This document shows, in pieces, positions 1-9,314 of a stretch of 52,526 nucleotides of DNA. Origin of the DNA: a virus (Duplodnaviria > Caudoviricetes). The position numbers and the translations under genes are program-made. Below the pieces are notes generated by a model. That model saw only the letters and a list, made by a program, of their open reading frames with translations. It had not been told where the DNA came from and ran no database searches. The DNA lies in IMG/VR virus record IMGVR_UViG_3300048995_000012, positions 1 through 52,526 of that record. One strand, 5' to 3'. Position 1 is the first letter of the stretch; each line of letters starts with the position of its first letter.

Positions 1-2
1 GG

Positions 3-281
3 TGGGACCTAGACGCGGACCTCGCCGCCAAGCTCACCGAGCGCCCCGGCGGGATCACCAGCTACCCGCCCGTCCTCCGGATGCGGATCAAAGACCTTCC
101 GCGGCGGATCAAACCCGCGCCCCGCAAATCATCCGGCCCACTGCCGCCCTGGTGCGGCGAATGCGCCGACGGAGCCCGCGCCGCCGAACGCGAAGGCCAC
201 CTCCGGCTGATCTACGACGACGCCGGCAACGGCCGGCCCTGCCCCAAGTGCCACCCATCCCAGACCGCCCACGCGGCCTGA
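3..281 (+). CDS. C-terminal part of phage replication initiator (5'-truncated)
   Basis: Frame open from window start; ends PPWCGEC...RPCPKCHP (Zn-ribbon tail) immediately upstream of dnaB. Confidence 0.6.
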   Translation, partial: WDLDADLAAKLTERPGGITSYPPVLRMRIKDLPRRIKPAPRKSSGPLPPWCGECADGARAAEREGHLRLIYDDAGNGRPCPKCHPSQTAHAA

Positions 282-297
282 ACCGAACGGAGACCCC

Positions 298-1632
298 ATG
301 GAAGACGAGACCTTCGAGCGCGTCCCCCCGCAGGACATCGCAGCCGAGCAGTGCGTACTCGGCGGAATGCTCCTGTCGAAGCGGGCCATCGCCGAAGTCA
401 TCGAGATCCTCGACGCCGACGACTTCTACCGCCCCCAGCACGAGACCGTGTACCGCGCCGTCGTCGACATGTACGGCCGCAACGAGCCCGCCGACCAGAT
501 CACCGTCGGCAACTACCTCCGCGAACTCGGAGTCCTCGCCAAGATCGGCGGCGCCGCCTACCTCAGTCAACTCATCCAGTCGGTCCCCACGGCCGCGAAC
601 GCCGAGTACTACGCGGAGATCGTCCGCGACTGCGCCATCCGCCGTCGGATCGTCGAAGCCGGCCACCGCATCACCGAGATCGGCTACACCGGTGAGGGCC
701 AGGCGATGCAGGCGAACGATGCCGCCCAGGCCGAACTCGCCGGCGTCATGAAAGTCCACGAGGAGGCCGACTCGGCGCTCCTCGGCGAAGACCTCCCCGA
801 AGTCGTCGCCGAGCTCGAGAAGCTGCAGAGCGAAGGCCGCCAGTCCGGACTGCCCACCGGGTTCCTCGACCTCGACGCCCTCACCCACGGTCTCCACGGC
901 GGTCAGATGGTCATCGTCGCCGGACGGCCCGGGCTCGGAAAGTCCACGCTCGGCGTCGACTTCCTGCGCTCCTGCTCGCTGCGCAACAACCTGCCGTCGG
1001 CGTTCTTCAGCCTCGAGATGGCGCGCCGCGAAGTACAGCACCGCATCATCTCCGCCGAAGCGAAGATCGGCCTCCACAGGATCCGCGGCGGCCAGATGGC
1101 CCCCCAGGACTGGGCCTCGTTCGCCAACCACATGCAGCGGCTCACCATGGCCCCGCTCACCATCGACGCCACCCCCAACCGCACCGTCAACCAGATCAAG
1201 GCCCGCTGCCGCCAGATCAAAGTGAAGACCGGCCTCAGCCTCGTCGTCATCGACTACCTGCAGCTCCTCGACCCGCACGGCAAGAAGCGCCCTGAGAATC
1301 GGCAGGTCGAAGTCTCCGAGATGAGCCGGCAAATCAAGCTCATGGCCAAAGACCTCGACGTTCCCGTGGTCGTCCTCTGCCAGCTCAACCGCGGGCCCGA
1401 ACAGCGCACCGACAAGAAGCCCGTGCTGTCCGACCTCCGCGAGTCCGGATCCCTCGAGCAGGACGCGGACATCGTCATCCTCGTCCACCGCGAGGACGCC
1501 TACGACAGGGAATCTCCCCGGTCCGGTGAGGCCGACCTGATCGTGGCCAAGCACCGCGCCGGCCCCCTCTCCACGATCACTGTCGCCGCGCAGCTCCACT
1601 TCAGCCGCTTCTGCGACATGGCCCTGACGTGA
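298..1632 (+). CDS. dnaB: Replicative DNA helicase
   Basis: PPQDIAAEQCVLG N-terminus, Walker A GRPGLGKS, VIDYLQL, QLNR, LSDLRESGSLEQDAD. Confidence 0.97.
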   Translation: MEDETFERVPPQDIAAEQCVLGGMLLSKRAIAEVIEILDADDFYRPQHETVYRAVVDMYGRNEPADQITVGNYLRELGVLAKIGGAAYLSQLIQSVPTAANAEYYAEIVRDCAIRRRIVEAGHRITEIGYTGEGQAMQANDAAQAELAGVMKVHEEADSALLGEDLPEVVAELEKLQSEGRQSGLPTGFLDLDALTHGLHGGQMVIVAGRPGLGKSTLGVDFLRSCSLRNNLPSAFFSLEMARREVQHRIISAEAKIGLHRIRGGQMAPQDWASFANHMQRLTMAPLTIDATPNRTVNQIKARCRQIKVKTGLSLVVIDYLQLLDPHGKKRPENRQVEVSEMSRQIKLMAKDLDVPVVVLCQLNRGPEQRTDKKPVLSDLRESGSLEQDADIVILVHREDAYDRESPRSGEADLIVAKHRAGPLSTITVAAQLHFSRFCDMALT

Positions 1633-1877
1633 CCGGCCAGTTCCGGGCCGAAGACCTCGAGGCCGTCATGGCGGAGGGCTCGCTCGTAGATCTGTTCACG
1701 CAGCTCGCCGGCAAGCAGATAGCCCAGCCGGAGCGCCCCGCCGAAGACGACGAGCCGCTCTACCACATTCCGCGCACGGGGGCGTGGCCCTGCGGCACCG
1801 CCCCCTCCGGGCCCACACCGCCGCCGTGCGACGACTGCAAGGAAGGAACCCGTGAGCCGCACCCGAAGCATCCGTGA
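1629..1877 (+). CDS. Hypothetical protein
   Basis: GTGA overlap with dnaB stop; GC3-rich. Confidence 0.65.
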   Translation: MTGQFRAEDLEAVMAEGSLVDLFTQLAGKQIAQPERPAEDDEPLYHIPRTGAWPCGTAPSGPTPPPCDDCKEGTREPHPKHP

Positions 1878-2208
1878 CCGCGCCGCGATGTACCGCGGAC
1901 GCGAGACCCAAGACGCCAGCCCCACCTACTCGATCACCGTCACCTGGCCCGGCGGACGAATGAGCCAGATGCACCGCAAGACCAAGGACCAGGCCCGCGA
2001 GCTCGCCGAGGAAGTGGAACTGAAAGGCGCGCACGTCAAGGTCATCGAATGGAACGGCAGCCAGTTCCGGCAGCTCGCCGTCCTCGACGCCTTCGCCAAG
2101 CGCCCCAGCCTCTCCACCGGCGCCACCCACACGGACAAGGTCGCCGCCGTCAAAGCCGACCTCGCCCGACTCGCCGAACAGACCCCAGGAAGGTTGGCCC
2201 TCCAGTGA
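1852..2208 (+). CDS. Hypothetical protein
   Basis: AAGGAAGG RBS, typical codon bias. Confidence 0.7.
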   Translation: MSRTRSIRDRAAMYRGRETQDASPTYSITVTWPGGRMSQMHRKTKDQARELAEEVELKGAHVKVIEWNGSQFRQLAVLDAFAKRPSLSTGATHTDKVAAVKADLARLAEQTPGRLALQ

Positions 2209-2447
2209 CCGAGTCCCAGACCCGCCACAAGGCCATGGCCCTCATCCTCCACCGCCTCCGTGACCAAGGCCAGGCCGCCGCCTACGAGCTTCTCCCCGGC
2301 CTGTGCAAGCCCGACGCCGTCACCGCGCTCATGGACATGGTCATCCACTTCGCCGACGCCGCCGCCCTCGAGTTGGAGAACACATACGGGAGCAAGGAAG
2401 CCGCCGCCGAATCCCTCCAGCAGCAGCTCTACAAGGAGCACCACTGA
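2205..2447 (+). CDS. Hypothetical protein
   Basis: GTGA-coupled start (VTESQTRHK...). Confidence 0.7.
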   Translation: MTESQTRHKAMALILHRLRDQGQAAAYELLPGLCKPDAVTALMDMVIHFADAAALELENTYGSKEAAAESLQQQLYKEHH

Positions 2448-3394
2448 TGAGCATCCGGCCACAAGACCTCCCCGAACTCCGAGTCGAGATCGTCAACCGA
2501 CACCGCAGCCGCAAGAGCCTGGTCAAGTGGGAAGAGCTGATCATCCAGGGACACCGCGACTGGATGGACATCCTCATCGGCAGGAAGCCACAACGTAGCG
2601 ACGGCGCAACGATGCAGGCATACGAGCGGATGCGCGTCGCCGACGCCGAGCTGTACTTCGTCTCCCCAGAGATGACCGAACTCGCCGTAGCCGCCGGCCG
2701 CTCACTGCCCGACTTCAACATCGAGTCGGAAGACATGCCAGGACCGACGGGCCTCATCATCTTCGGTGCCCCCCTCGACGCAGGTCTGTTCGACGTGAGC
2801 CTGTCGTCACCAAACTTCGCAGCGGACGGGCACACGGTCGGCATCTCGGCGATCGCCTGGTCGGTCATGCCCCATGGAGCGGCGATCTGGCTCAGCTTCT
2901 ACGCGACGAGGCAAAGCATCATCGACTCCCTCCCGCCTGACATCGTCAACGACCTCCCTGCCGGGCAGCGCCTCATCTACCTCTTCGGGACCGAGGCCGC
3001 ATGGGAACTGCACTTGGGCGACCGCGAGGTTACCACCGCCCCGCACGTAGACCTCGCGGGCCGGGCGTTGCGGGCTTCCTGGCTCCTGATGCAACAGCCC
3101 CTAGCCAAGGTGTCCTCCACGGAGCCCGACCGGGCGGCACGCAAGCGACTCCGCCGGGCCGGCCACGAACCCGCACCCGTCCGCGTCATCGAACTCCGAC
3201 GCCCCAAGGCCCCTGCGGGACACGGCGACAGTGACCGCGAATACCACCACCAATGGATCGTCCGCGGCCACTGGCGGCAGCACTGGCACCCCAAGCGCCA
3301 AGTGCACCGGCCCGTCTGGATCGCACCCCACATCAAAGGCCCCGAAGGTGCACCACTCATCGGCGGCGAAAAGGTCTACGCCCTCAAGCACTGA
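2447..3394 (+). CDS. Conserved phage hypothetical protein
   Basis: TGATG-coupled start MSIRPQ; C-terminal HQWIVRGHWRQHW...WIAPHIKGP motif seen in phage proteins. Confidence 0.75.
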   Translation: MSIRPQDLPELRVEIVNRHRSRKSLVKWEELIIQGHRDWMDILIGRKPQRSDGATMQAYERMRVADAELYFVSPEMTELAVAAGRSLPDFNIESEDMPGPTGLIIFGAPLDAGLFDVSLSSPNFAADGHTVGISAIAWSVMPHGAAIWLSFYATRQSIIDSLPPDIVNDLPAGQRLIYLFGTEAAWELHLGDREVTTAPHVDLAGRALRASWLLMQQPLAKVSSTEPDRAARKRLRRAGHEPAPVRVIELRRPKAPAGHGDSDREYHHQWIVRGHWRQHWHPKRQVHRPVWIAPHIKGPEGAPLIGGEKVYALKH

Positions 3395-3486
3395 CCACAG
3401 CCGCCTAGATCGCCCGTTGTTCCCCGCCCGACCCCCATTCCGCCCCACACCAGCCGGGTGGGGCACGACAACCCAGGAGGAATCGC

Positions 3487-3942
3487 ATGACCGACGCCCT
3501 GCCCCACGACCCGTACATCACCGCCGTCGTCCGCGCCCTGCTCGCCGCTGGCCTGGAGCCCGACGGCTGGTGGACCTCCGACGCCGAGATCGACCCGTAC
3601 CGCACCGACGATGACGCGGGTGTCGTCACGATGCTCAACGCCGTCCTGCTCTGGAGCGGCGACCACGTTGCCGTCGCCGACGCTGTCGCCCCCGACGGGA
3701 TGGTCCTGCTCTGGGATCACCCGGCCGAGGAGTGGCAGTACGCCGAGCGTCGTCCCGGGGGCGGAAACGAGGAGCCGGACTTCCTCGCCTCACTGCCTCG
3801 CTGGGTCGACCCGGCCGTGGTCGTCCTCGTCGTCCGCGAGCTGCTCGCCGGACGCCCTACACCAACCGCCGTTGGCCCGCTGTGGCTGAGCCACGAGACG
3901 GCGCAGGCCGCTGTCGACGCGTGGGCAGCGGACGAGTCCTGA
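3487..3942 (+). CDS. Hypothetical protein (DUF6292-like)
   Basis: AGGAGG RBS; HDPYITAVVRAL and LLWDHPAEEW motifs. Confidence 0.7.
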   Translation: MTDALPHDPYITAVVRALLAAGLEPDGWWTSDAEIDPYRTDDDAGVVTMLNAVLLWSGDHVAVADAVAPDGMVLLWDHPAEEWQYAERRPGGGNEEPDFLASLPRWVDPAVVVLVVRELLAGRPTPTAVGPLWLSHETAQAAVDAWAADES

Positions 3943-4023
3943 CCCCCACAGCACCGGCCGCCCGCGTTGGAGCCGCGGGCGGCCGGCCCGCCCACCCAAT
4001 CACATCGATCAAGGAGCCACCCC

Positions 4024-4575
4024 ATGACCGACACCGACCGTCCCGAGGTTGACGACCCCCGCGTCCTCGCCCTCGCCCAGGCCCGCCAGCAGATGGCCCA
4101 CGAGAACCAGTTCAACGCCGGGTTCTGCCCGCCCTGGGATGGGCTGACTGGGCAGGAGCAGCGCCTGTCGCTGCTGGACGCCCGCAACTACCTTCGTGCC
4201 GCGCTGAAGGCCGGACTCCTGGCCGCGCCTGCCGTCGTGCTGCCCGCGCCCGCCGCCCGGGCCGCGGTCCTGCGGGAGCTGGCGTCGTCGATTCAGAGCG
4301 GCGACGTTCCGTTCAGCACCGAGGCAGCTGGGGCCGCGTTGAAGAACGGCGGGCCTTTCGCGCTGATCGCCTACGTGCAGCTGGCGATCGGGGAGCACCT
4401 GCGCCGCATGGCCGACGAGGCGCAGCAGCCCGAGACGCCAGTCCGGCTCGCCGCGTACCAGACCTGCGGCGTGTGCAAGTCCGGCTATCCGACCGGCGGC
4501 AGCTGCGGCGGGTGCGCTTTCAACGCCCGCATGGCCGCCGAGCCGCGGCAGGCCGACACCGCGGGGGAGGCGTGA
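4024..4575 (+). CDS. Hypothetical protein with C-terminal CxxC...CxxC
   Basis: AAGGAG RBS; CGVC...CGGC. Confidence 0.7.
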   Translation: MTDTDRPEVDDPRVLALAQARQQMAHENQFNAGFCPPWDGLTGQEQRLSLLDARNYLRAALKAGLLAAPAVVLPAPAARAAVLRELASSIQSGDVPFSTEAAGAALKNGGPFALIAYVQLAIGEHLRRMADEAQQPETPVRLAAYQTCGVCKSGYPTGGSCGGCAFNARMAAEPRQADTAGEA

Positions 4576-4892
4576 TGGCCGACCTGACGATCCGTGCCGT
4601 GCAGTCGGCTGTCTGGCAGAACAAGCTCGCCAAAGGATTCGGCACGACCGATGTGCCGCTGGAGTTCGGTCTGCTCACCGCGGAGATCGGCGAGGCGTTC
4701 ACGGCCTGGCGGAAGGGCCTGACCGACTTCGGCGAGGAGCTCGCGGACGTGTTCCTGTTCCTGACCGGGCTCGCGGAGATGACCGGTGTGGACCTGGCTG
4801 CCGAGGTCGAACGCAAGTTGGCGATCAACGCCGGGCGCAGCTACGAGCGCAACGGCAACGGTGCGCTGATCCGGACCAACCCCACCGCCTGA
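4575..4892 (+). CDS. MazG-like nucleotide pyrophosphohydrolase
   Basis: EIGEAF...EELADV acidic ExxE...EExxD motif, ~105 aa. Confidence 0.85.
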   Translation: MADLTIRAVQSAVWQNKLAKGFGTTDVPLEFGLLTAEIGEAFTAWRKGLTDFGEELADVFLFLTGLAEMTGVDLAAEVERKLAINAGRSYERNGNGALIRTNPTA

Positions 4893-4945
4893 CCCGCCCC
4901 GACCCCGGGCGGTGGTTCCGGCCGCCGCCCGCCTGGAGGAGAACC

Positions 4946-5140
4946 ATGACCGACCTGCTGCCCGCTCTCCGCCCGCACTGCGCCCAGCACGGGCCGATGG
5001 AACTCCGGCTCGGCTTCACGCCTGAGCAGCGCTGGTGCGGCACTTGGTACGGCTGCGCGGCCCACCGCTGCCAGACCGCCGTGCTCCTGCCGTCGGACGC
5101 CCTGCTGGTCCAGCTCTCCACGCAAGGGGCCCGCTCGTGA
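4946..5140 (+). CDS. Small Cys-rich hypothetical protein
   Basis: GGAGGAG RBS; CAQHG...WCGTWYGC...C. Confidence 0.65.
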   Translation: MTDLLPALRPHCAQHGPMELRLGFTPEQRWCGTWYGCAAHRCQTAVLLPSDALLVQLSTQGARS

Positions 5141-5316
5141 CCGCCCGCCCACCCCTGCGCATCGCGATGGACCCGGAGTTCGCCCGTCTCCTCGCCCTGT
5201 ACACGCGTGCCGGGGAAACAGCCCGCGGCGCCCTGCTGCGGGCGCTGCGGCTGCGCGCCACCGCGGACGGGCACCTCGACGCGGGCGGACAGATCAAACG
5301 CGGGAGGCAGACGTGA
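5137..5316 (+). CDS. Hypothetical protein (possible ribbon-helix-helix)
   Basis: GTGA-coupled; PLRIAMDPEFARLL. Confidence 0.55.
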   Translation: MTARPPLRIAMDPEFARLLALYTRAGETARGALLRALRLRATADGHLDAGGQIKRGRQT

Positions 5317-5546
5317 GGCGCCCGCTGAGCCCGCGGGAGCGGCGTGTGCTGCTGCTCGCCGGGAACGGCTGGACCAACGAGCAGATCGCGGCGGTGCTCG
5401 GCATCAGCCGCATGACGGTCCAGCGGCATCTGCAGAACATCCGGGCCGCGCTCGGCGCCCGGGACCGCACGCATGCCGTCGCTCTGGCCATCTGTCAGGG
5501 CGCCGTCAAAGTCGCCGACATCGAGGCGCAGCGGGAGGCGGCGTGA
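5313..5546 (+). CDS. LuxR-type HTH regulator (DNA-binding domain only)
   Basis: LSPRERRVL...G.TNEQIA..LGISRMTVQRHL.NI...LG. Confidence 0.9.
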   Translation: MRRPLSPRERRVLLLAGNGWTNEQIAAVLGISRMTVQRHLQNIRAALGARDRTHAVALAICQGAVKVADIEAQREAA

Positions 5547-5638
5547 GCCTCCCGCCAGCCACTCGACCCGAGCGAGGGACGCTCCCGGCCCCCCAATCGC
5601 TCCTGACCAAAAATGCGAACCCAGGAAGGACCCATTTC

Positions 5639-5929
5639 ATGGACAGCCAGAACCCCACCCCGGCTCCGATACCCGCAAACGCCATCCACCACGGTCAGTG
5701 CGGATCGTGGTGGACCGGCGCCGAGCGATCGCACTGCGGCGGATGCCACGCCACCTTCAGCTCGCTCACCTCGTTCGAGCGCCACCGCAAGGGCATGACC
5801 TGCAACCCGCCTGAGGAAGTCGGCCTAGTCGCCCGCGACAAGCCCTACGGCACCCTCTGGGGCCTCCCCGCACCCGTCGGCGGCTACGGCGCGCTCCACG
5901 GCCGCCGCGAGGCGGAGGCGGCGGCATGA
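5639..5929 (+). CDS. Phage zinc-binding protein (FDXHR-like)
   Basis: CGSWWTG...HCGGCHATFSS...FERHR. Confidence 0.7.
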   Translation: MDSQNPTPAPIPANAIHHGQCGSWWTGAERSHCGGCHATFSSLTSFERHRKGMTCNPPEEVGLVARDKPYGTLWGLPAPVGGYGALHGRREAEAAA

Positions 5930-6321
5930 CCCACCAGACACCCGCCGAAGCCCCCGAGGGCCCCCAGGAGCCGCGTACTGGCCCCGGACGGCAGCCGGAC
6001 CACCCGGACGCGGCGCAGGCGGCCACAGAGCAACTCCGCGCCGACGCCAACACGTGGCGTCTCAAAGCGATCCGCCGCGCCCTCACCGCCAGCCGACTCC
6101 GCGGCACCATCGACGCCTGCATCGACCTCGCCGACGAACCCGTCACCGACCGCACCGCCTGGGGCGACGGATACCGGGCCGGCATCGCCGACCTGCGGGA
6201 AGTGCTGCGGGAGTTCGGGCACCTTGAGCCGCGCGAGCCGCCCGCCCCCGACGGCGGACCGAGCGTCGCCGAGGCGACCGTCGACGACCGCGTCTGGCCG
6301 CTGCAGAAGGCGGGCGAGTGA
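5926..6321 (+). CDS. Hypothetical protein
   Basis: ATGA-coupled; PSVAEATVDDRVWPLQKAGE tail. Confidence 0.7.
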   Translation: MTHQTPAEAPEGPQEPRTGPGRQPDHPDAAQAATEQLRADANTWRLKAIRRALTASRLRGTIDACIDLADEPVTDRTAWGDGYRAGIADLREVLREFGHLEPREPPAPDGGPSVAEATVDDRVWPLQKAGE

Positions 6322-6521
6322 TGGCCTGCCCCGCCTACTGGTTCGCCGGAGACATCCACTGCGGGCTCGCCGCAGGACACGAGCAGATGGGCTGCCAGCA
6401 CCACGTCGGAACACCCGACGGACCCAACCCGCGACGGCTCATCTTCCGGTGGCGCGGCCATCACCCCCGCACCCACGACTTCGCCGGACTGCCGCAAAGC
6501 CACAACGAGCCCCGCCCCTGA
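6321..6521 (+). CDS. Small His/Cys hypothetical protein
   Basis: TGATG-coupled ORF. Confidence 0.55.
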   Translation: MACPAYWFAGDIHCGLAAGHEQMGCQHHVGTPDGPNPRRLIFRWRGHHPRTHDFAGLPQSHNEPRP

Positions 6522-6531
6522 CCCACCCGCA

Positions 6532-6746
6532 CGCAAGGAGCTACGCCGTGACCGACCGCAGTCCCGACCCCACCGAAGCCGGGCGGGCATGGATGCGCGG
6601 CGACCTGTCCAGCCGCGAGTATTTCGACCTGGTCCGCCGCGTGAGCCGCCGACCAACCGCCTGGCAGCGCATCAAGCAGGCCGTCAAGCCGCAGCGACCG
6701 CCGCGCGCCTGAACCACCCGCCCCGCCGCAAGGAGCTACGCCGTGA
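6532..6746 (+). repeat. 20-bp direct repeat CGCAAGGAGCTACGCCGTGA (6532-6551, 6727-6746) containing RBS and GTG start
   Basis: Exact repeat read from sequence; each copy preceded by CCTGANCCACCCGC. Confidence 0.9.
6548..6712 (+). CDS. Small hypothetical protein between direct repeats
   Basis: AAGGAG RBS plus GTG start (VTDRSPDPTEAG...). Confidence 0.6.
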   Translation: MTDRSPDPTEAGRAWMRGDLSSREYFDLVRRVSRRPTAWQRIKQAVKPQRPPRA

Positions 6747-7384
6747 ACCTCGACGACGCACCCGCCCCGCTCTGCACCGTCTGCCACCGCGCCCTGTACG
6801 CCGACGAGTTCGGCCACCAGGCCTGCGACCCCTGCACCGCCCGAGTCGACCAGGCCCTGCGCGCGCTCGCCGGCCCCGACGGCCTGTACGCCCGCCTCGC
6901 CGACAGCCTCCAACCCGGCAGCGGCTCCGGCGGGCCCGCCGTCTCCGGCAGCCGCACCGCGCCGCTCCCGCTGCGGCTCGAAGTGCTGAGCCTCGCCGCC
7001 CGCGGGGGAGTCGTCACCGTCCTCCAGACGTGGCTCATCGACTGGCATGACCTCCTCGGCTACCGGCACCCCCGCTGGGACGGCGACCTCCAGCAGCAAT
7101 GCGACCAGGTCGTGAAACGGCTCCGCGTCCTGCTGCCGTGGGCTGCCGAGAAGCACGGGGCGTTCGACGAATTCGCCCGCGAGATATGGCAGATGCAGCG
7201 GCAGTGCGAAGCGTCGGTCACCGGGGAGCGGCAGCCCCGCCGCGTCCCCGTCGCCTGCCCCTGCGGGCAGATCCTCCGCGTCACGTTGGACACCGCCGGC
7301 GTCCGCTGCCCGGCCTGCGAGACCAGCTACGGGCACAGCGAGGCACTGCAACTGCCGCTCGCCGAAAGGCGGGCCGCGGCATGA
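6743..7384 (+). CDS. Conserved actinophage Zn-finger protein, last early gene (possible late-gene regulator)
   Basis: CxxC pairs at both ends (CTVC, CDPC, CPCG, CPAC); position; function is inference. Confidence 0.7.
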   Translation: MNLDDAPAPLCTVCHRALYADEFGHQACDPCTARVDQALRALAGPDGLYARLADSLQPGSGSGGPAVSGSRTAPLPLRLEVLSLAARGGVVTVLQTWLIDWHDLLGYRHPRWDGDLQQQCDQVVKRLRVLLPWAAEKHGAFDEFAREIWQMQRQCEASVTGERQPRRVPVACPCGQILRVTLDTAGVRCPACETSYGHSEALQLPLAERRAAA

Positions 7385-7386
7385 CG

Positions 7387-7421
7387 AAGGCCCCGCTTCC
7401 GGATAGCCGGAGCGGGGCCTT
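7387..7421. terminator. Bidirectional intrinsic terminator
   Basis: AAGGCCCCGCT-TCCGG/CCGGA-GCGGGGCCTT hairpin between convergent genes. Confidence 0.8.
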
Positions 7422-7432
7422 TAGCTGTGCGG

Positions 7433-7732
7433 CTACAGCTCGGTGAGTTGATACGGATCGGGCAGCGGCGACAAGGGCACACCGATCGCCTGCCCGAGCA
7501 TCGCCCGCGCCACCGAGTCCCGCTCCAACCGCGGCCGGCCCGGCGGCATCGACAGGACCAGGGAGCCGTCGCGGCGCTGGACGACCGCGCCGATGAAGCC
7601 GGGGTCGGTGATCGACGACTCGACCAGCTCCACGTCCAGGTCGGCGAGGAGCTGCGGGAGTGGCGCGTCGAGGAGGCGGGCGGTGGTCATCGCGCGCTGC
7701 TGGGGGATGGTGCACGGCTGCGATACAGTCAT
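7433..7732 (-). CDS. Hypothetical protein
   Basis: GAAGGA RBS; LLDAPLPQLLADLDVELVESSITDPGFIGAVV. Confidence 0.7.
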   Translation of the reverse strand: MTVSQPCTIPQQRAMTTARLLDAPLPQLLADLDVELVESSITDPGFIGAVVQRRDGSLVLSMPPGRPRLERDSVARAMLGQAIGVPLSPLPDPYQLTEL

Positions 7733-7838
7733 GGGTGAAGTCCTTCTCTCGCTGGCGTGAGCGGATGGATTGAGCAGCGAGGTCGCACTCGCTGCGGATG
7801 AACTGGCCGGGCGTTGGTAGCGCCCGGCCGTTCGCGTC

Positions 7839-8357
7839 TCAGGAGCAGAAGTAGGGTCCGCCTCTCCGCTCTTGGCGGAGAAGCCCTTCGTCGGCTAGGG
7901 CGCGGAGCATCTTTCCGCAGGTCTGGTCCGAGATGCCGAAGCGGCGATGCAACTCCTTGGCGGTCGGCATTCGATCGCCGGGCTTGATCTTCCCTTCGGC
8001 GATCTCGGCTTTGATGATTCGCGCCGCCTGACTGGACCACGGATCCTGCGGAGCCTTGGTCCACCTAATCTCGGGCGAGCGGTACCTGAATCGGGCGAAG
8101 CAGATCCTGTCGACCTTCGCCCTGTTGTGTGCTGGCCGTTCTTTCTTGATCGCCTCCGTCTCAGCGACGTCCGCCGCCTCTCGGCTGGGCAGCCACTCGA
8201 CCTCCTTGCGTGAAACGAGAGGCCACCATCCGCTCGTGCGTGGATGGTTGGCGTGGCTCTTCCAGCGACTAGCTGGATCTTTGGCGATGCCGATGTACAG
8301 CAGGTCCCCAGCAGCGTCGTAAAGGCGGTAGAGCGCGGTGCGTTCGGGCTCGGGCAT
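7839..8357 (-). CDS. GIY-YIG endonuclease domain fused to GntR winged-HTH
   Basis: ALYRLYD...LLYIGI...RWKSH...ETEAIKKERPAHN followed by IKAEIAEGKIKPGDRMPTAKELHRRFGIS...LADEGLL. Confidence 0.85.
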   Translation of the reverse strand: MPEPERTALYRLYDAAGDLLYIGIAKDPASRWKSHANHPRTSGWWPLVSRKEVEWLPSREAADVAETEAIKKERPAHNRAKVDRICFARFRYRSPEIRWTKAPQDPWSSQAARIIKAEIAEGKIKPGDRMPTAKELHRRFGISDQTCGKMLRALADEGLLRQERRGGPYFCS

Positions 8358-8426
8358 GGGACCCCTTCGAGGCAGACGTGTCCGTTGCGTGTGCGCGCTG
8401 TCACACATCGACTACGAAGCACCGTA

Positions 8427-8520
8427 GCGCTCTAGAGCAATTCTAGCTACCCGGTCCGCAATGTCGGCTAGCGGAGTCCATTGACCAGCACAGATGTAGA
8501 GCAGGTAGCGTTGCTCTAGA
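8427..8520. promoter_or_regulatory. Divergent promoter region with GCTCTAGAGC palindromic operator-like sites
   Basis: GCGCTCTAGAGCAATT at 8427-8442; inverted copy TTGCTCTAGA at 8511-8520; TTGACC at 8481. Confidence 0.65.
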
Positions 8521-8543
8521 TGAATCCACCCCTAGGAGAGCCC

Positions 8544-9302
8544 GTGCCACGCAAGTCCGGCGAGACACACAAGTACCGGGAGATCGCCGACGACCTGCGT
8601 AGGCGCATTCAGGCTGAGGAGTTCGGGGATAAGCGCAGGCTGCCGGGTGAGCGGAAGCTCGCCGAGCATTACGATGCTTCGCAGATGACTATCCGCCAGG
8701 CCCTTGGAGTGCTGCGCGATGAGGGCCTGGTTGAGTCCCGGGTCGGCTCGGGATGGTTTGTTGCCGAGTGGCGGCCGGTCGTGCGTAACGCCCTCAAGCG
8801 GCTGTCGGCCACCCAGTGGGGCGAGGGTCGGTCCATGTGGGAGGTCGATATCGATGACCGGCGTATGGAGGTCGTTGGCCAGACGCAAGTCGAGCTGATC
8901 GACGCGCCCGAGGATGTAGCGCGCGCCCTCGATTTGGAGGTTGGTGCCCGCGTGTGGAAGCGGGACCGCAGGTATGCCGTCGATGGCGAGATCGTCATGC
9001 GGGCCACGTCTTACATCCCCGATGATCTTGCCCATCACACAAAGATCACCGAGAGCGATTCCGGGCCGGGTGGCACCTATGCCCGCCTTCGGGAAGCCGG
9101 GCACGGCCCGGTCAATTTCCGTGAGCAGCTTCGGTGTCGGCTGGCCAGTCCTGCGGAAGTGGACGACTTGCACCTTGCGGCTGGCGCCCCGGTCGTGGAG
9201 CAGCACCGCTCAGCGATGCGTGCCGACGGCCGCGTGGTCGAGGTCAACCGAATGGTTCTGGACGCGTCGAGATTCTTGCTCGTGTACGACTTCCCTGCCT
9301 GA
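8544..9302 (+). CDS. GntR/HutC-family repressor with UTRA domain (TraR/KorSA-like)
   Basis: YREIADDLRRRI...LPGERKLAEHY...TIRQALGVLRDEGLV; C-terminal UTRA (GPGGTYARL..GH, VEVNRMVL); heads a tra operon. Confidence 0.88.
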   Translation: MPRKSGETHKYREIADDLRRRIQAEEFGDKRRLPGERKLAEHYDASQMTIRQALGVLRDEGLVESRVGSGWFVAEWRPVVRNALKRLSATQWGEGRSMWEVDIDDRRMEVVGQTQVELIDAPEDVARALDLEVGARVWKRDRRYAVDGEIVMRATSYIPDDLAHHTKITESDSGPGGTYARLREAGHGPVNFREQLRCRLASPAEVDDLHLAAGAPVVEQHRSAMRADGRVVEVNRMVLDASRFLLVYDFPA

Positions 9303-9314
9303 CCTGCTGTTGCT

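Noticed and set aside
109-1599. Long antisense ORFs (also 13584-15125, 19943-21559, 23683-25560, 32896-34308)
   Set aside because: Shadow frames of high-GC genes that have clear motifs on the other strand.
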